Source: Alphaproteobacteria bacterium
Lineage (GTDB): Bacteria; Pseudomonadota; Alphaproteobacteria; Rs-D84
Length of the DNA stretch: 64,000 nt
Reading direction: 5' to 3'
Assembly (NCBI GenBank): GCA_033345155.1
Contig: JAWPOG010000045.1
Coordinates: 5,795 to 69,794 of the forward strand
How positions within the stretch are numbered: the stretch's first letter is position 1; the number at the start of each line of letters is the position of its first letter. The notes below the pieces were generated by a model, which worked only from the letters and a program-made list of their open reading frames with translations, was not told the DNA's origin and did no database searches. A program made the translations under genes and the position numbers. Below, piece after piece: positions 1 to 8,651 of the stretch.

Positions 1-4
1 AAAC

Positions 5-1993
5 ATGGCAAAAAAATATTTAATTACATCTGCATTACCATACGTGAACAATAATTTACATATTGGTCATTTGATTGGTTGTTTGCTGCCAAGTGATGTT
101 TATGCACGTTTTTGTCGTGCAATGGGGCGTGATGTGTTGGTTGTGGCGGGGTCTGACGAACATGGTACCGCCAGTGAAATTGGTGCGTACAAAGAAAATA
201 TGCCTGTGGAAGATTATGTTGAAAAATATCGTGCGTATCAGTTGCAATCTGTCAAAGATTTTAATTTGTCTTTTGATTTATACGGTCGCACACACACAAA
301 AACACATGAAAAATTGATTCAAAGTTTATTCTTGCGCCTGCAAGAACAAGGTATGCTGGTTGAAAAAGTATCCATGCAACCATATTCCGTCAAAGAAGAA
401 AAATTCTTGGCGGACAGATTTGTTATCGGTACTTGTCCAAAGTGTGGATATGATCACGCATACGGAAACGAATGCGACAAATGTTTTGCGAGCTTGGAAC
501 CAGCACAATTGATAAATCCACACAGTGCTGTTGTACCAGATTCACCTGTGGAAATGCGTGAAACAAAGCACTTGTACTTTAAATACAGCGAAATGCAAGA
601 CGCATTACGCAAATGGATTGATTCACGTGTGGGATGGTCTAAAACTGCGTTAGCGATTGCGAATAAATGGCTGGACGAAGGGTTGCATGATGGCCCAATC
701 ACACGTGACTTAAAATGGGGAATTCCTGTCAACAAGCCTGGTTATGAAAACAAGGTTTTTTATGTATGGTTTGACGCACCGTGGGGTTATGTTTCAATTT
801 CACAAGACGCAAATAAAAACTGGGCAGATTGGTGGCATGGTGGTGATGATGTTCACTATGCTCAATTTATGGCCAAGGATAATGTGTCTTTCCATTCTAT
901 ATTCTTTCCTGCCCAAGAATTGGCGATGAACGACAACTGGAAAACAGTTGATACATTAAAAGGTTTTAATTTCTTAAACTTTGAAGGCGGCAAGGTTTCT
1001 AAATCAACAGGAAATGGGATTTTCTTGAATGAAGCGATTACAATTGCGCCGGCGGACACATGGCGTTATGCGCTGTTGGCCAGTGCGCCTGAAACAGACG
1101 ATACAGACTTTACTGTTTCCCGTTTTGCAGAAATTGTAAACAAGGATCTGAACGGTATGTTGGGAAATTTTGTCAGCCGTGTATGTAAACTGACCCAGAA
1201 AAATTTTGGAAACAATGTACCAAAATCTGGCGGCAAAAATTCAGGACTGGAATCACAAATAAATGAAAAAATATCAGAATTGACAAGTGCACTGGATGCA
1301 TGCGAATTCCGCAAATCTATTGCGGCACTGCGTGGGCTGTACGCAATTGGAAACGAATATATGACTAAAATGGAACCATGGGCGTTGGTAAAAAATGGTG
1401 AAACGGAAAAAGCAGGTGCGGTATTAAACGAATGTTTTCAGATGATTGATTTGTTTGCGCGTGTGTCTGCGCCATTTATCCCAGACGCGGCTGAAAAAAT
1501 GAAAAATATTTTCAAGTCCACACATGATTTGTCATGGCCAAAATCATACGAACATCGCATAGATGATGGCGCAGAATTCATTGTTCCTGAAAACTTGTTC
1601 AATCGCATTGATGATGAAACTGTCACAATGCTGGTTGAAAAATATACGGCAAAAAAAGAGGACATTTCTCCAAAACCAATTATCGCAGAAATTGTCGCCC
1701 TAGAAAATCATCCAACACGTGAAGATTTGCATGTGTTAAATGTAAATTATGGTGGTGATAAAAATGTACAGATTGTATGCGGAGCACCAAATGTACGCGT
1801 TGGTCTGCGTGGCGTATTGGCACCGGTTGGGGCAAAGTTACCAACATCAAAAAAACCAATGGCACAAAGAACGGTTGCGGGTGTTGAATCATTCGGTATG
1901 ATGTGCAGCGCACCGGAACTGGGGCTGTCTGGGGACGGTAAAAATATTATTGAATTGGGTGACGAATATAAAATCGGCGAAGAATATAAATAA
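5..1993 (+). CDS. metG: Methionyl-tRNA synthetase with C-terminal tRNA-binding (EMAP/Trbp111-like) domain
   Basis: 662-aa ORF. N-terminal class I HIGH motif (PYVNNNLHIGHLIG), KMSKS-like (KVSKS), and C-terminal ...VAGVESFGMMCS tRNA-binding domain. Confidence 0.95.
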   Translation: MAKKYLITSALPYVNNNLHIGHLIGCLLPSDVYARFCRAMGRDVLVVAGSDEHGTASEIGAYKENMPVEDYVEKYRAYQLQSVKDFNLSFDLYGRTHTKTHEKLIQSLFLRLQEQGMLVEKVSMQPYSVKEEKFLADRFVIGTCPKCGYDHAYGNECDKCFASLEPAQLINPHSAVVPDSPVEMRETKHLYFKYSEMQDALRKWIDSRVGWSKTALAIANKWLDEGLHDGPITRDLKWGIPVNKPGYENKVFYVWFDAPWGYVSISQDANKNWADWWHGGDDVHYAQFMAKDNVSFHSIFFPAQELAMNDNWKTVDTLKGFNFLNFEGGKVSKSTGNGIFLNEAITIAPADTWRYALLASAPETDDTDFTVSRFAEIVNKDLNGMLGNFVSRVCKLTQKNFGNNVPKSGGKNSGLESQINEKISELTSALDACEFRKSIAALRGLYAIGNEYMTKMEPWALVKNGETEKAGAVLNECFQMIDLFARVSAPFIPDAAEKMKNIFKSTHDLSWPKSYEHRIDDGAEFIVPENLFNRIDDETVTMLVEKYTAKKEDISPKPIIAEIVALENHPTREDLHVLNVNYGGDKNVQIVCGAPNVRVGLRGVLAPVGAKLPTSKKPMAQRTVAGVESFGMMCSAPELGLSGDGKNIIELGDEYKIGEEYK

Positions 1994-1994
1994 T

Positions 1995-3041
1995 ATGTCA
2001 GATATGCGTGTTGTTTTATTGTCTTGTTGCGCGCCATGTTCGTCGGGTGCAATAAAACAATTGGCAGAACATAAAATAGACGGCGTGTCTGACTTTATTG
2101 TTTTGTTTTACAATCCAAATATTTTTCCAGAATCTGAATATACAAAACGTATGAACGAGCAAATAAAGTACTGTGAACAGTTGGGTGTAAAATATGCTGT
2201 TCTGGAATATGACCATGACGCATGGCGTGATGCCGTTCGTGGGTTTGAGAACGCACCCGAACGCGGGGCGCGTTGCAGTCTGTGTTTTGAATACAGATTT
2301 CGTCGCGCGGAAAAATTTGCACGTGAAAACGGTTATAACGCGATTGCATCTGTATTGGGTGTGTCGCGTCATAAAAGTCAAACTCAGGTTGATAACGCCG
2401 CACAAAATGTTTTAAGACAAGATGTAAACGCAAAAAATTATCACGCAAAAAGATATACAAATAGGGCGTTGGCACAATCAAAATATCTTAAAAAAAATAT
2501 GACAGAGGCCGAGCGCTTATTATGGCATTATTTACGTGCAAGAAAGGATTTTTCTTTTAGAAAGCAAGCGCCGATTGGAAATTATGTTGTTGATTTTTTG
2601 TGTGTTAAAAAGAAACTAGTGATAGAATTGGATGCTGCACAACACGGCGATAAAGATAATTTTTTGCATGATATAGAACGGGACGCGTATTTAGAAAAGA
2701 ATGGTTATCGTGTTTTAAGATTTTGGAATGACGAGGTTTGTCGAGATATAAAAAAAGTGTTGAATACAATTGATGTGTTTGTGAACGACAATTGTTCAAG
2801 CCACCCCCTGTCGTCACAGTGTGTGCCGACATCCCCCGCCAAGGGCGGTGGAAATTTTATTGGCGGCCTTTCAGAATGCCCACCGCCCTTGGCGGGGGGT
2901 GGCCACGACAGTGGTCGGGGGGTGGCTGTTGAATATATGCCAATTAAATGGGATGAAAATTTACGCATTCAGATAAATCGTGCGTCAGACTTTTATCGTC
3001 AGAATTATTGTGGCTGTGAATTCAGTATCAGAAAGATATAA
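1995..3041 (+). CDS. queH: Epoxyqueuosine reductase QueH (DUF208) interrupted in-frame by a DUF559 endonuclease-like domain and a palindromic element
   Basis: ATG at 1995 (MSDMRVVLLSCCAPCS = QueH CCxPC motif). C-terminus ...FYRQNYCGCEFS is the QueH C-terminal Cys motif. The central segment KYLKKNMTEAERLLWHYLR...PIGNYVVDFLC...LVIELDAAQH...GYRVLRFWNDEV is a complete DUF559/Vsr-like domain. The ORF tool started 45 nt upstream at 1950. Confidence 0.8.
   Translation: MSDMRVVLLSCCAPCSSGAIKQLAEHKIDGVSDFIVLFYNPNIFPESEYTKRMNEQIKYCEQLGVKYAVLEYDHDAWRDAVRGFENAPERGARCSLCFEYRFRRAEKFARENGYNAIASVLGVSRHKSQTQVDNAAQNVLRQDVNAKNYHAKRYTNRALAQSKYLKKNMTEAERLLWHYLRARKDFSFRKQAPIGNYVVDFLCVKKKLVIELDAAQHGDKDNFLHDIERDAYLEKNGYRVLRFWNDEVCRDIKKVLNTIDVFVNDNCSSHPLSSQCVPTSPAKGGGNFIGGLSECPPPLAGGGHDSGRGVAVEYMPIKWDENLRIQINRASDFYRQNYCGCEFSIRKI
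2801..2925. repeat. About 125-bp imperfect palindromic element (RPE/MITE-like) lying in-frame inside queH
   Basis: Left arm ccaccccctgtcgtcacagtgtgtgccgacatcccccgccaagggcggtgg; right arm ccaccgcccttggcggggggtggccacgacagtggtcggggggtgg. The reverse complement of the right arm ends in the identical cccccgccaagggcggtgg. GC-rich relative to the rest of the gene. Confidence 0.7.
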
Positions 3042-3070
3042 AAAAATCCGGCATTTGCCGGTATTTTTTA
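3041..3070. terminator. Bidirectional intrinsic terminator (A-tract, ccggcatttgccgg hairpin, T-tract)
   Basis: aaaaaaatccggcatttgccggtatttttta lies between convergent queH and the 3068..3502 gene. Confidence 0.7.
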
Positions 3071-3502
3071 TTTTGTTTTTTGATATACATCTGAGAATAA
3101 AACAGTCCCGACTGTCTCGCAAACCATTTTATCAAGACATTTTCCAGATTTTATATTTTCTGCACACAGTTCTTCTTTGCCACGCTGTGACATACCGGCT
3201 GTTTTTTTCTGGCATTTCATACATTTGCCAATTTCCAAATTTAATACCAGTTCATTTGTATAACTTTTTTCATTGAATTTTACCCATTGTGCCGCTTTTG
3301 AAGAATAAGATGCACTAAGAACCTTTGGACATGATTTTTGTGGTGTTGGATATTGTGCCACTAATTGAACCAGTTCTTGTGCTGTTTGTTGTGTGATATT
3401 TTCGCACAGTGATATTTTGCCCATCAGAAAAGAAAAATCGGCGTCCATAACAACCGTTACATTTTTTTGACGGTTTATATCTAATTCGTCATTATCAATC
3501 AT
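3068..3502 (-). CDS. Hypothetical Cys-containing protein (144 aa)
   Basis: Intact ORF with several CxxC-like pairs (CMKCQKK, CLDKMVC). No family recognised. Confidence 0.45.
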   Translation of the reverse strand: MIDNDELDINRQKNVTVVMDADFSFLMGKISLCENITQQTAQELVQLVAQYPTPQKSCPKVLSASYSSKAAQWVKFNEKSYTNELVLNLEIGKCMKCQKKTAGMSQRGKEELCAENIKSGKCLDKMVCETVGTVLFSDVYQKTK

Positions 3503-3579
3503 ACCTGACCCTTTTATTATTGTTGTAATAATAGTATATAGGCAAATAAAGTAAAGTCAAGGCCACCCCACTTCCCGCC

Positions 3580-3614
3580 AACCACTAACCACTAACCACT
3601 AACCACTAACCACT
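3580..3614. repeat. (AACCACT)x5 heptanucleotide tandem repeat
   Basis: aaccact repeated 5 times with a partial sixth unit upstream, directly 5' of a promoter-like ttgcga-17-tataat before fabD. Confidence 0.9.
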
Positions 3615-3622
3615 TTATTATT

Positions 3623-3651
3623 TGCGATTGGTTTTTTTAGGGTTTATAATA
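3623..3651 (+). promoter_or_regulatory. Putative sigma70-type promoter for fabD-fabG
   Basis: ttgcga, 17 nt, tataat, about 28 nt upstream of the fabD ATG. Confidence 0.4.
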
Positions 3652-3678
3652 TAACCAGCAAAATAAAAAAGGTTATAT

Positions 3679-4554
3679 ATGTCATCAATTTTTGTATTCC
3701 CAGGTCAAGGCGCACAAAGCGTCGGTATGGGTAAAGATTTATATGAAAATAACGCTGCCGCACGTGCCGTTTTTGATGAGGTTGATTCTGCACTGGGCGA
3801 AAAGTTATCGGATATCATTTTTAATGGCCCATCCGAAGAATTAACCCTGACCGCAAATGTTCAGCCGGCAATTATGGCGACATCGATTGCGATGTTGCGT
3901 GCCAGTGGTGTATCACTGCCAGAATTTGTCGCGGGTCATTCCCTGGGTGAATATACCGCGCTGTGTGCGGCTGGTGCGTTGTCGGTGGGTGACGCGGCAA
4001 GATTGTTGCGTGTGCGTGGTAATGCGATGCAATCTGCGGCGCCAGCGGGCACAGGTCTGACGGCTGTTGTTATGGGGCTGGATATTGATGTGGTGCGTGA
4101 AATCTGTGCGGCCACAGATTGTGATGTTGCCAACGACAATTGCCCAGGCCAGGTTGTTATTTCTGGGTTAAAAGAAACTGTCGAAAAAACAATGGATTTG
4201 GCAAAGTCTCGTGGGGCCAAACGTGCAATGCCATTGGCGCTGTCTGTTCCGGTTCATTGTCGGGTGCAATCGCCCGCAGCGGATGCGATGCGCGCCGCCC
4301 TGGATTCGGTTGAATTTAACACACCAATTGTACCAATCGTTTTAAATAAAACTTGTGCCCCAACAACCGATATTGATGAAATCAAAGACGCGCTGGTCTA
4401 TCAGATGACGCATGGTGTGCGTTGGCGCGAAAGTGTTTTAAATATGGCAAATTTAGGTGTAACAGAACAAATCGAAGTGGGCCCAGGTTCCGTTTTAACA
4501 GGCCTGTGTTCCCGTATCACAGATAAAATAACCGCTAAGAAATTGGAGATATAA
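3679..4554 (+). CDS. fabD: Malonyl-CoA:ACP transacylase
   Basis: FVFPGQGAQSVGMG and GHSLGEY active-site motifs. 291 aa. Confidence 0.95.
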   Translation: MSSIFVFPGQGAQSVGMGKDLYENNAAARAVFDEVDSALGEKLSDIIFNGPSEELTLTANVQPAIMATSIAMLRASGVSLPEFVAGHSLGEYTALCAAGALSVGDAARLLRVRGNAMQSAAPAGTGLTAVVMGLDIDVVREICAATDCDVANDNCPGQVVISGLKETVEKTMDLAKSRGAKRAMPLALSVPVHCRVQSPAADAMRAALDSVEFNTPIVPIVLNKTCAPTTDIDEIKDALVYQMTHGVRWRESVLNMANLGVTEQIEVGPGSVLTGLCSRITDKITAKKLEI

Positions 4555-4555
4555 G

Positions 4556-5284
4556 ATGTTTGATTTAACAGGCAAAGTTGCTTTGATTACAGGTGCAACT
4601 GGTGGTATCGGTGGTGCGATTGCGCACAAGATGAAACAGGCCGGTGCGACTGTTGTTGTGTCTGGCCGTAATGTCGCAAAAATGGACGCTGAATTTGGTG
4701 ATGAATACATTAAAATTCCATGCGACTTGGCGGCGGACGGCGGTGCGGTTGAATTGGTTATGAACACAATTGAACGGGCGGGCAAAATCGATATTCTGAT
4801 TAACAACGCGGGCATTACACGCGACACCTTGTTAATGCGCATGACCGACGATCAGTTTGACGAAGTTATCAACACCAACCTGCGTTCTTGTTTCAAGATG
4901 TGCCGTGTGGCAATTATGCCCATGATGAAGAATCGCTTTGGTCGTATTATCAACATGGCATCAATCATTGGCGCAATCGGTGGCCCAGGCCAGGCAAACT
5001 ATGCCGCATCCAAGGGTGGCATGATTGCAATGACAAAATCGATTGCGGCCGAGGTTGCATCTCGTGGCATTACCGCCAACGCGATTGCACCGGGTTTTAT
5101 CAAAACACCAATGACAGATGTCTTGCCAGACGAATTAAAAAAATCGTATTTGGCGCAGATTCCAGCAGGCCGTTTTGGCGAACCAGATGATATTGCGAAC
5201 GCATGTGTGTTTCTGGCATCCGACGAAGCGTCGTACATCAACGGCCAAACCCTGCATGTTAACGGGGGAATGGGAAGATTCTAA
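4556..5284 (+). CDS. fabG: 3-oxoacyl-ACP reductase (SDR)
   Basis: TGATGGIGGAIA Rossmann motif and the YxxxK catalytic pattern (YAASK). 242 aa. Begins 2 nt after the fabD stop. Confidence 0.95.
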   Translation: MFDLTGKVALITGATGGIGGAIAHKMKQAGATVVVSGRNVAKMDAEFGDEYIKIPCDLAADGGAVELVMNTIERAGKIDILINNAGITRDTLLMRMTDDQFDEVINTNLRSCFKMCRVAIMPMMKNRFGRIINMASIIGAIGGPGQANYAASKGGMIAMTKSIAAEVASRGITANAIAPGFIKTPMTDVLPDELKKSYLAQIPAGRFGEPDDIANACVFLASDEASYINGQTLHVNGGMGRF

Positions 5285-5466
5285 AACGCAACGCGTTTTA
5301 GAATCAAAATTGCCCTGGCAATTTTAAAGCCACGGATGAGCGGAACGCGAACGCAGTGGCGTGTCATTCCGACGCAGGTCGGAATCCAGGTAAATAGGTT
5401 GCGACGCAGTCGCCCAAAATGATATGTACCATAAGATAAAACGCAACGCGTTTTAGAATCAAAACG
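5281..5466. repeat. Two 29-bp direct copies of a hairpin (ctaaaacgcaacgcgttttagaatcaaaa) flanking a ~125-bp multi-hairpin insert
   Basis: Copies at 5281-5310 and 5437-5466. The insert carries a degenerate gtcattccgacgcaggtcggaatcc repeat at 5363-5387 and several GC hairpins. Confidence 0.75.
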
Positions 5467-5474
5467 AATAAAAA

Positions 5475-7118
5475 ATGAAACATTATGATGTGATTGTTAT
5501 TGGTGGTGGGCATGCAGGGGTTGAAGCCGCATCTGCATCTGCACGTCGTGGTGCGAAAACCCTGTTGATAACAATGGCGGAATCGGATTTAGGCGCATTG
5601 TCTTGTAACCCCAGTATCGGCGGTCCCGGCAAATCCCAGATGGTTGCTGAAATGGATGCGCTGGGCGGTGTTATGCCGCGTGCCGCTGACCGCGCAGGGA
5701 TTCATTGGCGTACATTGAACGCAACACATGGTGCGGCGACGCGCGCCCTGCGTGCGCAAATCGACCGCGATTTATATCATAATGCGATTGTTGGTATTTT
5801 GTCGGAATATAAAAATCTGGATGTCATTTTTGAACCTGTTGAATCTGTGGATTTAGAAAACGCAATCGTTAACAACAAATATCATGCGCGCGCAGTTATC
5901 CTGACAACGGGAACATTTTTAAATGGCACGGTCACGCGTGGCGTGGAAAAAATCCCATCGGGGCGATTGATGGACGACGGCACATACCAAGACGCCGACA
6001 AAAACATATCAAATATTTTAAAGAACGCGGGCTTCAAGATTTTGCGCCTGAAAACAGGCACGCCTGCGCGCATCAAACGCGATTCGATTGATTTTTCTGT
6101 ATGTGAAATTCAGCCCGGCGACACCCCCCACGATTGGTTTTCCGACGGTGATGAAAACAATAATTATGACGCGGTCTGCTATATCACACATACAACCAAA
6201 ATCACGCACCAGATAATTCGTGATAACATAAAAAACGCACCAATGTATAATGGAGACATTACCGGCACTGGCCCGCGCTATTGCCCGAGTTTAGAAGACA
6301 AGGTTATGCGATTTCCAGAACACACATCGCACCATGTCTTCTTGGAACCCGAAGGTTATAACAGTGATTTAATATATCCAAATGGTATATCAACCAGTTT
6401 TGGCAGCGATATCCAAGACATCTGGATTCGCTCAATCCCGGGCTTGGAAAATTGCGAAATTGTGCGCTATGGATACGCGATTGAATACGATGCGATTGAC
6501 GCGCGCGCCCTGAACGATAAATTGCAGGCCAAGGACCGCCCGCACCTGTTTTTTGCAGGTCAAATCAATGGCACATCCGGGTACGAAGAAGCAGCGGCCC
6601 AGGGTCTGGTTGCGGGCGCAAATGCCGCGGCGTATGCATTAAATACAGAACCACTGATTCTGGACCGAACAAATTCAATGATTGGTGTTTTGATTGACGA
6701 CATAACAACATTGGGTGTGGACGAACCGTATCGCATGTTCACATCGCGTGCAGAATATCGTCTGTCATTGCGTTGCGATAATGCGATTGCGCGATTGGGG
6801 AAAATCGGTGTGAAACTGGGGCTGACAACAAATGCGTGGTATGAAAAAATATTCAATTTGAAAAAAGAAATTATTGCCGAAAACGATAAATTCTATGCGG
6901 GCTATATCGCGCGCAATGAACGTGAAATCGCCGCGTATAAACGGGACGCGGCATTAAAGATACCGTCTGATTTTGTGTATTCGGGCCTGCCGGGGCTGAC
7001 AAATGAATTGGTTGAAAAATTAACGGCAACGCGCCCGGAAAACATTGCCGACCTGACGCGCATACCGGGCATGACCCCCGCCGGGATTATGGTGGTGCTG
7101 CGCAAAATCAAGGCATAA
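5475..7118 (+). CDS. mnmG: tRNA uridine-5-carboxymethylaminomethyl modification enzyme MnmG (GidA), short form
   Basis: N-terminal FAD motif YDVIVIGGGHAGVEAA, and PRYCPSLEDKV, FFAGQINGTSGYEEAAAQG. 547 aa, shorter than the typical ~620 aa. Confidence 0.9.
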   Translation: MKHYDVIVIGGGHAGVEAASASARRGAKTLLITMAESDLGALSCNPSIGGPGKSQMVAEMDALGGVMPRAADRAGIHWRTLNATHGAATRALRAQIDRDLYHNAIVGILSEYKNLDVIFEPVESVDLENAIVNNKYHARAVILTTGTFLNGTVTRGVEKIPSGRLMDDGTYQDADKNISNILKNAGFKILRLKTGTPARIKRDSIDFSVCEIQPGDTPHDWFSDGDENNNYDAVCYITHTTKITHQIIRDNIKNAPMYNGDITGTGPRYCPSLEDKVMRFPEHTSHHVFLEPEGYNSDLIYPNGISTSFGSDIQDIWIRSIPGLENCEIVRYGYAIEYDAIDARALNDKLQAKDRPHLFFAGQINGTSGYEEAAAQGLVAGANAAAYALNTEPLILDRTNSMIGVLIDDITTLGVDEPYRMFTSRAEYRLSLRCDNAIARLGKIGVKLGLTTNAWYEKIFNLKKEIIAENDKFYAGYIARNEREIAAYKRDAALKIPSDFVYSGLPGLTNELVEKLTATRPENIADLTRIPGMTPAGIMVVLRKIKA

Positions 7119-7134
7119 AAATCACAGCCCTTTT

Positions 7135-7207
7135 TGTCATTCCCGCGTTCGGGGTACGAAAATTTCTTTTGATTTTTTGTCATTCCCGCGCAGGCGGGAA
7201 TAGGGTC
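7135..7207. repeat. Two tandem copies (one degenerate) of the ATTCCC-N8-GGGAAT palindromic repeat tgtcattcccgcgcaggcgggaatagggtc
   Basis: ttgtcattcccgcgttcgggg at 7135-7160 and tgtcattcccgcgcaggcgggaatagggtc at 7178-7207. Confidence 0.85.
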
Positions 7208-7242
7208 TAAAAAATTTATCTATTGTTTTTTTACTGATAGTT

Positions 7243-8097
7243 TTATTCAAACCCCAACAATGTAAACACACCACCGACAGCCAGTATCATCAAAACCCAT
7301 ACAACAATCGGCCCCCATGGGTCGCGGAATAAAAAGCCAACAGTCTTGCCGACAACTTCGGATTCTGCAATCGTTTTTCCCGTATTCTTGGTGCCACGAC
7401 CAATTTTATAAAAAAATCTATCGATTGCGTTTTCTGGAATTTGTTTGTTATTTGTTATAGATTTTTTGATTTGCTTATCCGTATTTAAAACAAGGTCCAA
7501 CATATAAATCCGTTTTAACAATTCTGTTGTTTTTGTTTTATCTTCTTTGTTCTTGTTTTTTGATTTTAGAATTTTTACAAATTCTGATAACGCATCATCA
7601 GAAATTTGTTTTGGTATCGACTGCTTATTTGAATACTTATCACTTTTAACCAATTCGTCATCTGTCATACTGCGCATAAAATCTACAAATAATTTCAACG
7701 TGCGTTCTTGCTTCAATTCAATGCCCGGATGAAATTTTTGCCAACTTTTTGCCAATGTGTATCTAAATATTTTATAAATACTGTCATAATCCGTATCATC
7801 AACATGTGAGAAAATTGTATGATATTTCTCAAATAATTCTCTTACATCAAAATAAAAAGTTTTTTCTCCGGCATTTGTATTAACTCTTAATAAATCAACT
7901 GGCACAACCCTATCTCCAATATTTACTTTAATTAACCGTTGTTCCAATAGCTCAAATTCTGGGTATAATTTAGCGATATATATTTTCTCTTCTTTAACAC
8001 TTGATACTTTTATAAGTGGTTGATTTGGACCAAGTGTATACGTTGTGTTATCTTCTGTTAAATCAATTTTGTTTGTTTTGGGATTAAATGAAACCAT
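7243..8097 (-). CDS. Hypothetical C-tail-anchored protein (284 aa), third gene of a low-GC three-gene operon
   Basis: Long K/E/D-rich soluble region, then a single C-terminal TM helix PIVVWVLMILAVGGVFTLLGF. GC is far below that of flanking genes. No recognisable motif. Confidence 0.6.
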   Translation of the reverse strand: MVSFNPKTNKIDLTEDNTTYTLGPNQPLIKVSSVKEEKIYIAKLYPEFELLEQRLIKVNIGDRVVPVDLLRVNTNAGEKTFYFDVRELFEKYHTIFSHVDDTDYDSIYKIFRYTLAKSWQKFHPGIELKQERTLKLFVDFMRSMTDDELVKSDKYSNKQSIPKQISDDALSEFVKILKSKNKNKEDKTKTTELLKRIYMLDLVLNTDKQIKKSITNNKQIPENAIDRFFYKIGRGTKNTGKTIAESEVVGKTVGFLFRDPWGPIVVWVLMILAVGGVFTLLGFE

Positions 8098-8112
8098 TGT
8101 TTTGTCCTTGTG

Positions 8113-8367
8113 TTAAAAAATATGAATAATTACAGCAGTTATTAGAATATAAAAACCAAGTAATCGCCAAGTTAAATGGCCAAACGTTATTTGAATCAAA
8201 AAATAAGGCAGTATTATATCAAAAATTTTTGATACAGGCATATGCTTATAAGATTCTAATATCCCCCCAACACTAATAATCAACGTGCCTGTCAATCCAA
8301 CTAAAAAGAAGGTCCACGCAAACTCTGCATTTACAATTGCCCAAAATAAAAGCGCATAAATTATCAT
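8113..8367 (-). CDS. Small polytopic membrane protein (84 aa)
   Basis: Two to three predicted TM segments. Start overlaps the stop of the upstream gene (ATGA at 8364-8367). Confidence 0.5.
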   Translation of the reverse strand: MIIYALLFWAIVNAEFAWTFFLVGLTGTLIISVGGILESYKHMPVSKIFDIILPYFLIQITFGHLTWRLLGFYILITAVIIHIF

Positions 8368-8651
8368 TTTGTGTCCTTTATATTACAGATTAAGTGGTAT
8401 AAATAGATTGCAGTTAAAACATTAAGTATTTGCCAAATATCTTTACTAAAATATACAGGGAACAAAGGATTATATAGTAAAACTATCATACAGGATATTA
8501 TATTTATTTTACTGACTTGTAAGTATTCTTTTATTATGTAATACGCCATACTTCCACAGATTGCTAAACGTAAAAACTGATAAAACCCATAAGGCATTGG
8601 AAATATTGCCAGTCCCAGTAATATGCAGCAAGTTATCAATAGTTTTTTCAT
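8364..8651 (-). CDS. Small polytopic membrane protein (95 aa), first gene of the low-GC operon
   Basis: Three hydrophobic segments. Translationally coupled to the 84-aa ORF. Confidence 0.5.
   Translation of the reverse strand: MKKLLITCCILLGLAIFPMPYGFYQFLRLAICGSMAYYIIKEYLQVSKINIISCMIVLLYNPLFPVYFSKDIWQILNVLTAIYLYHLICNIKDTK

Noticed and set aside
1950-1994. Upstream extension of queH (MNWVTNIKSAKNINN) given by the ORF tool
   Set aside because: Overlaps the metG 3' end. The conserved QueH N-terminus begins at the ATG at 1995.
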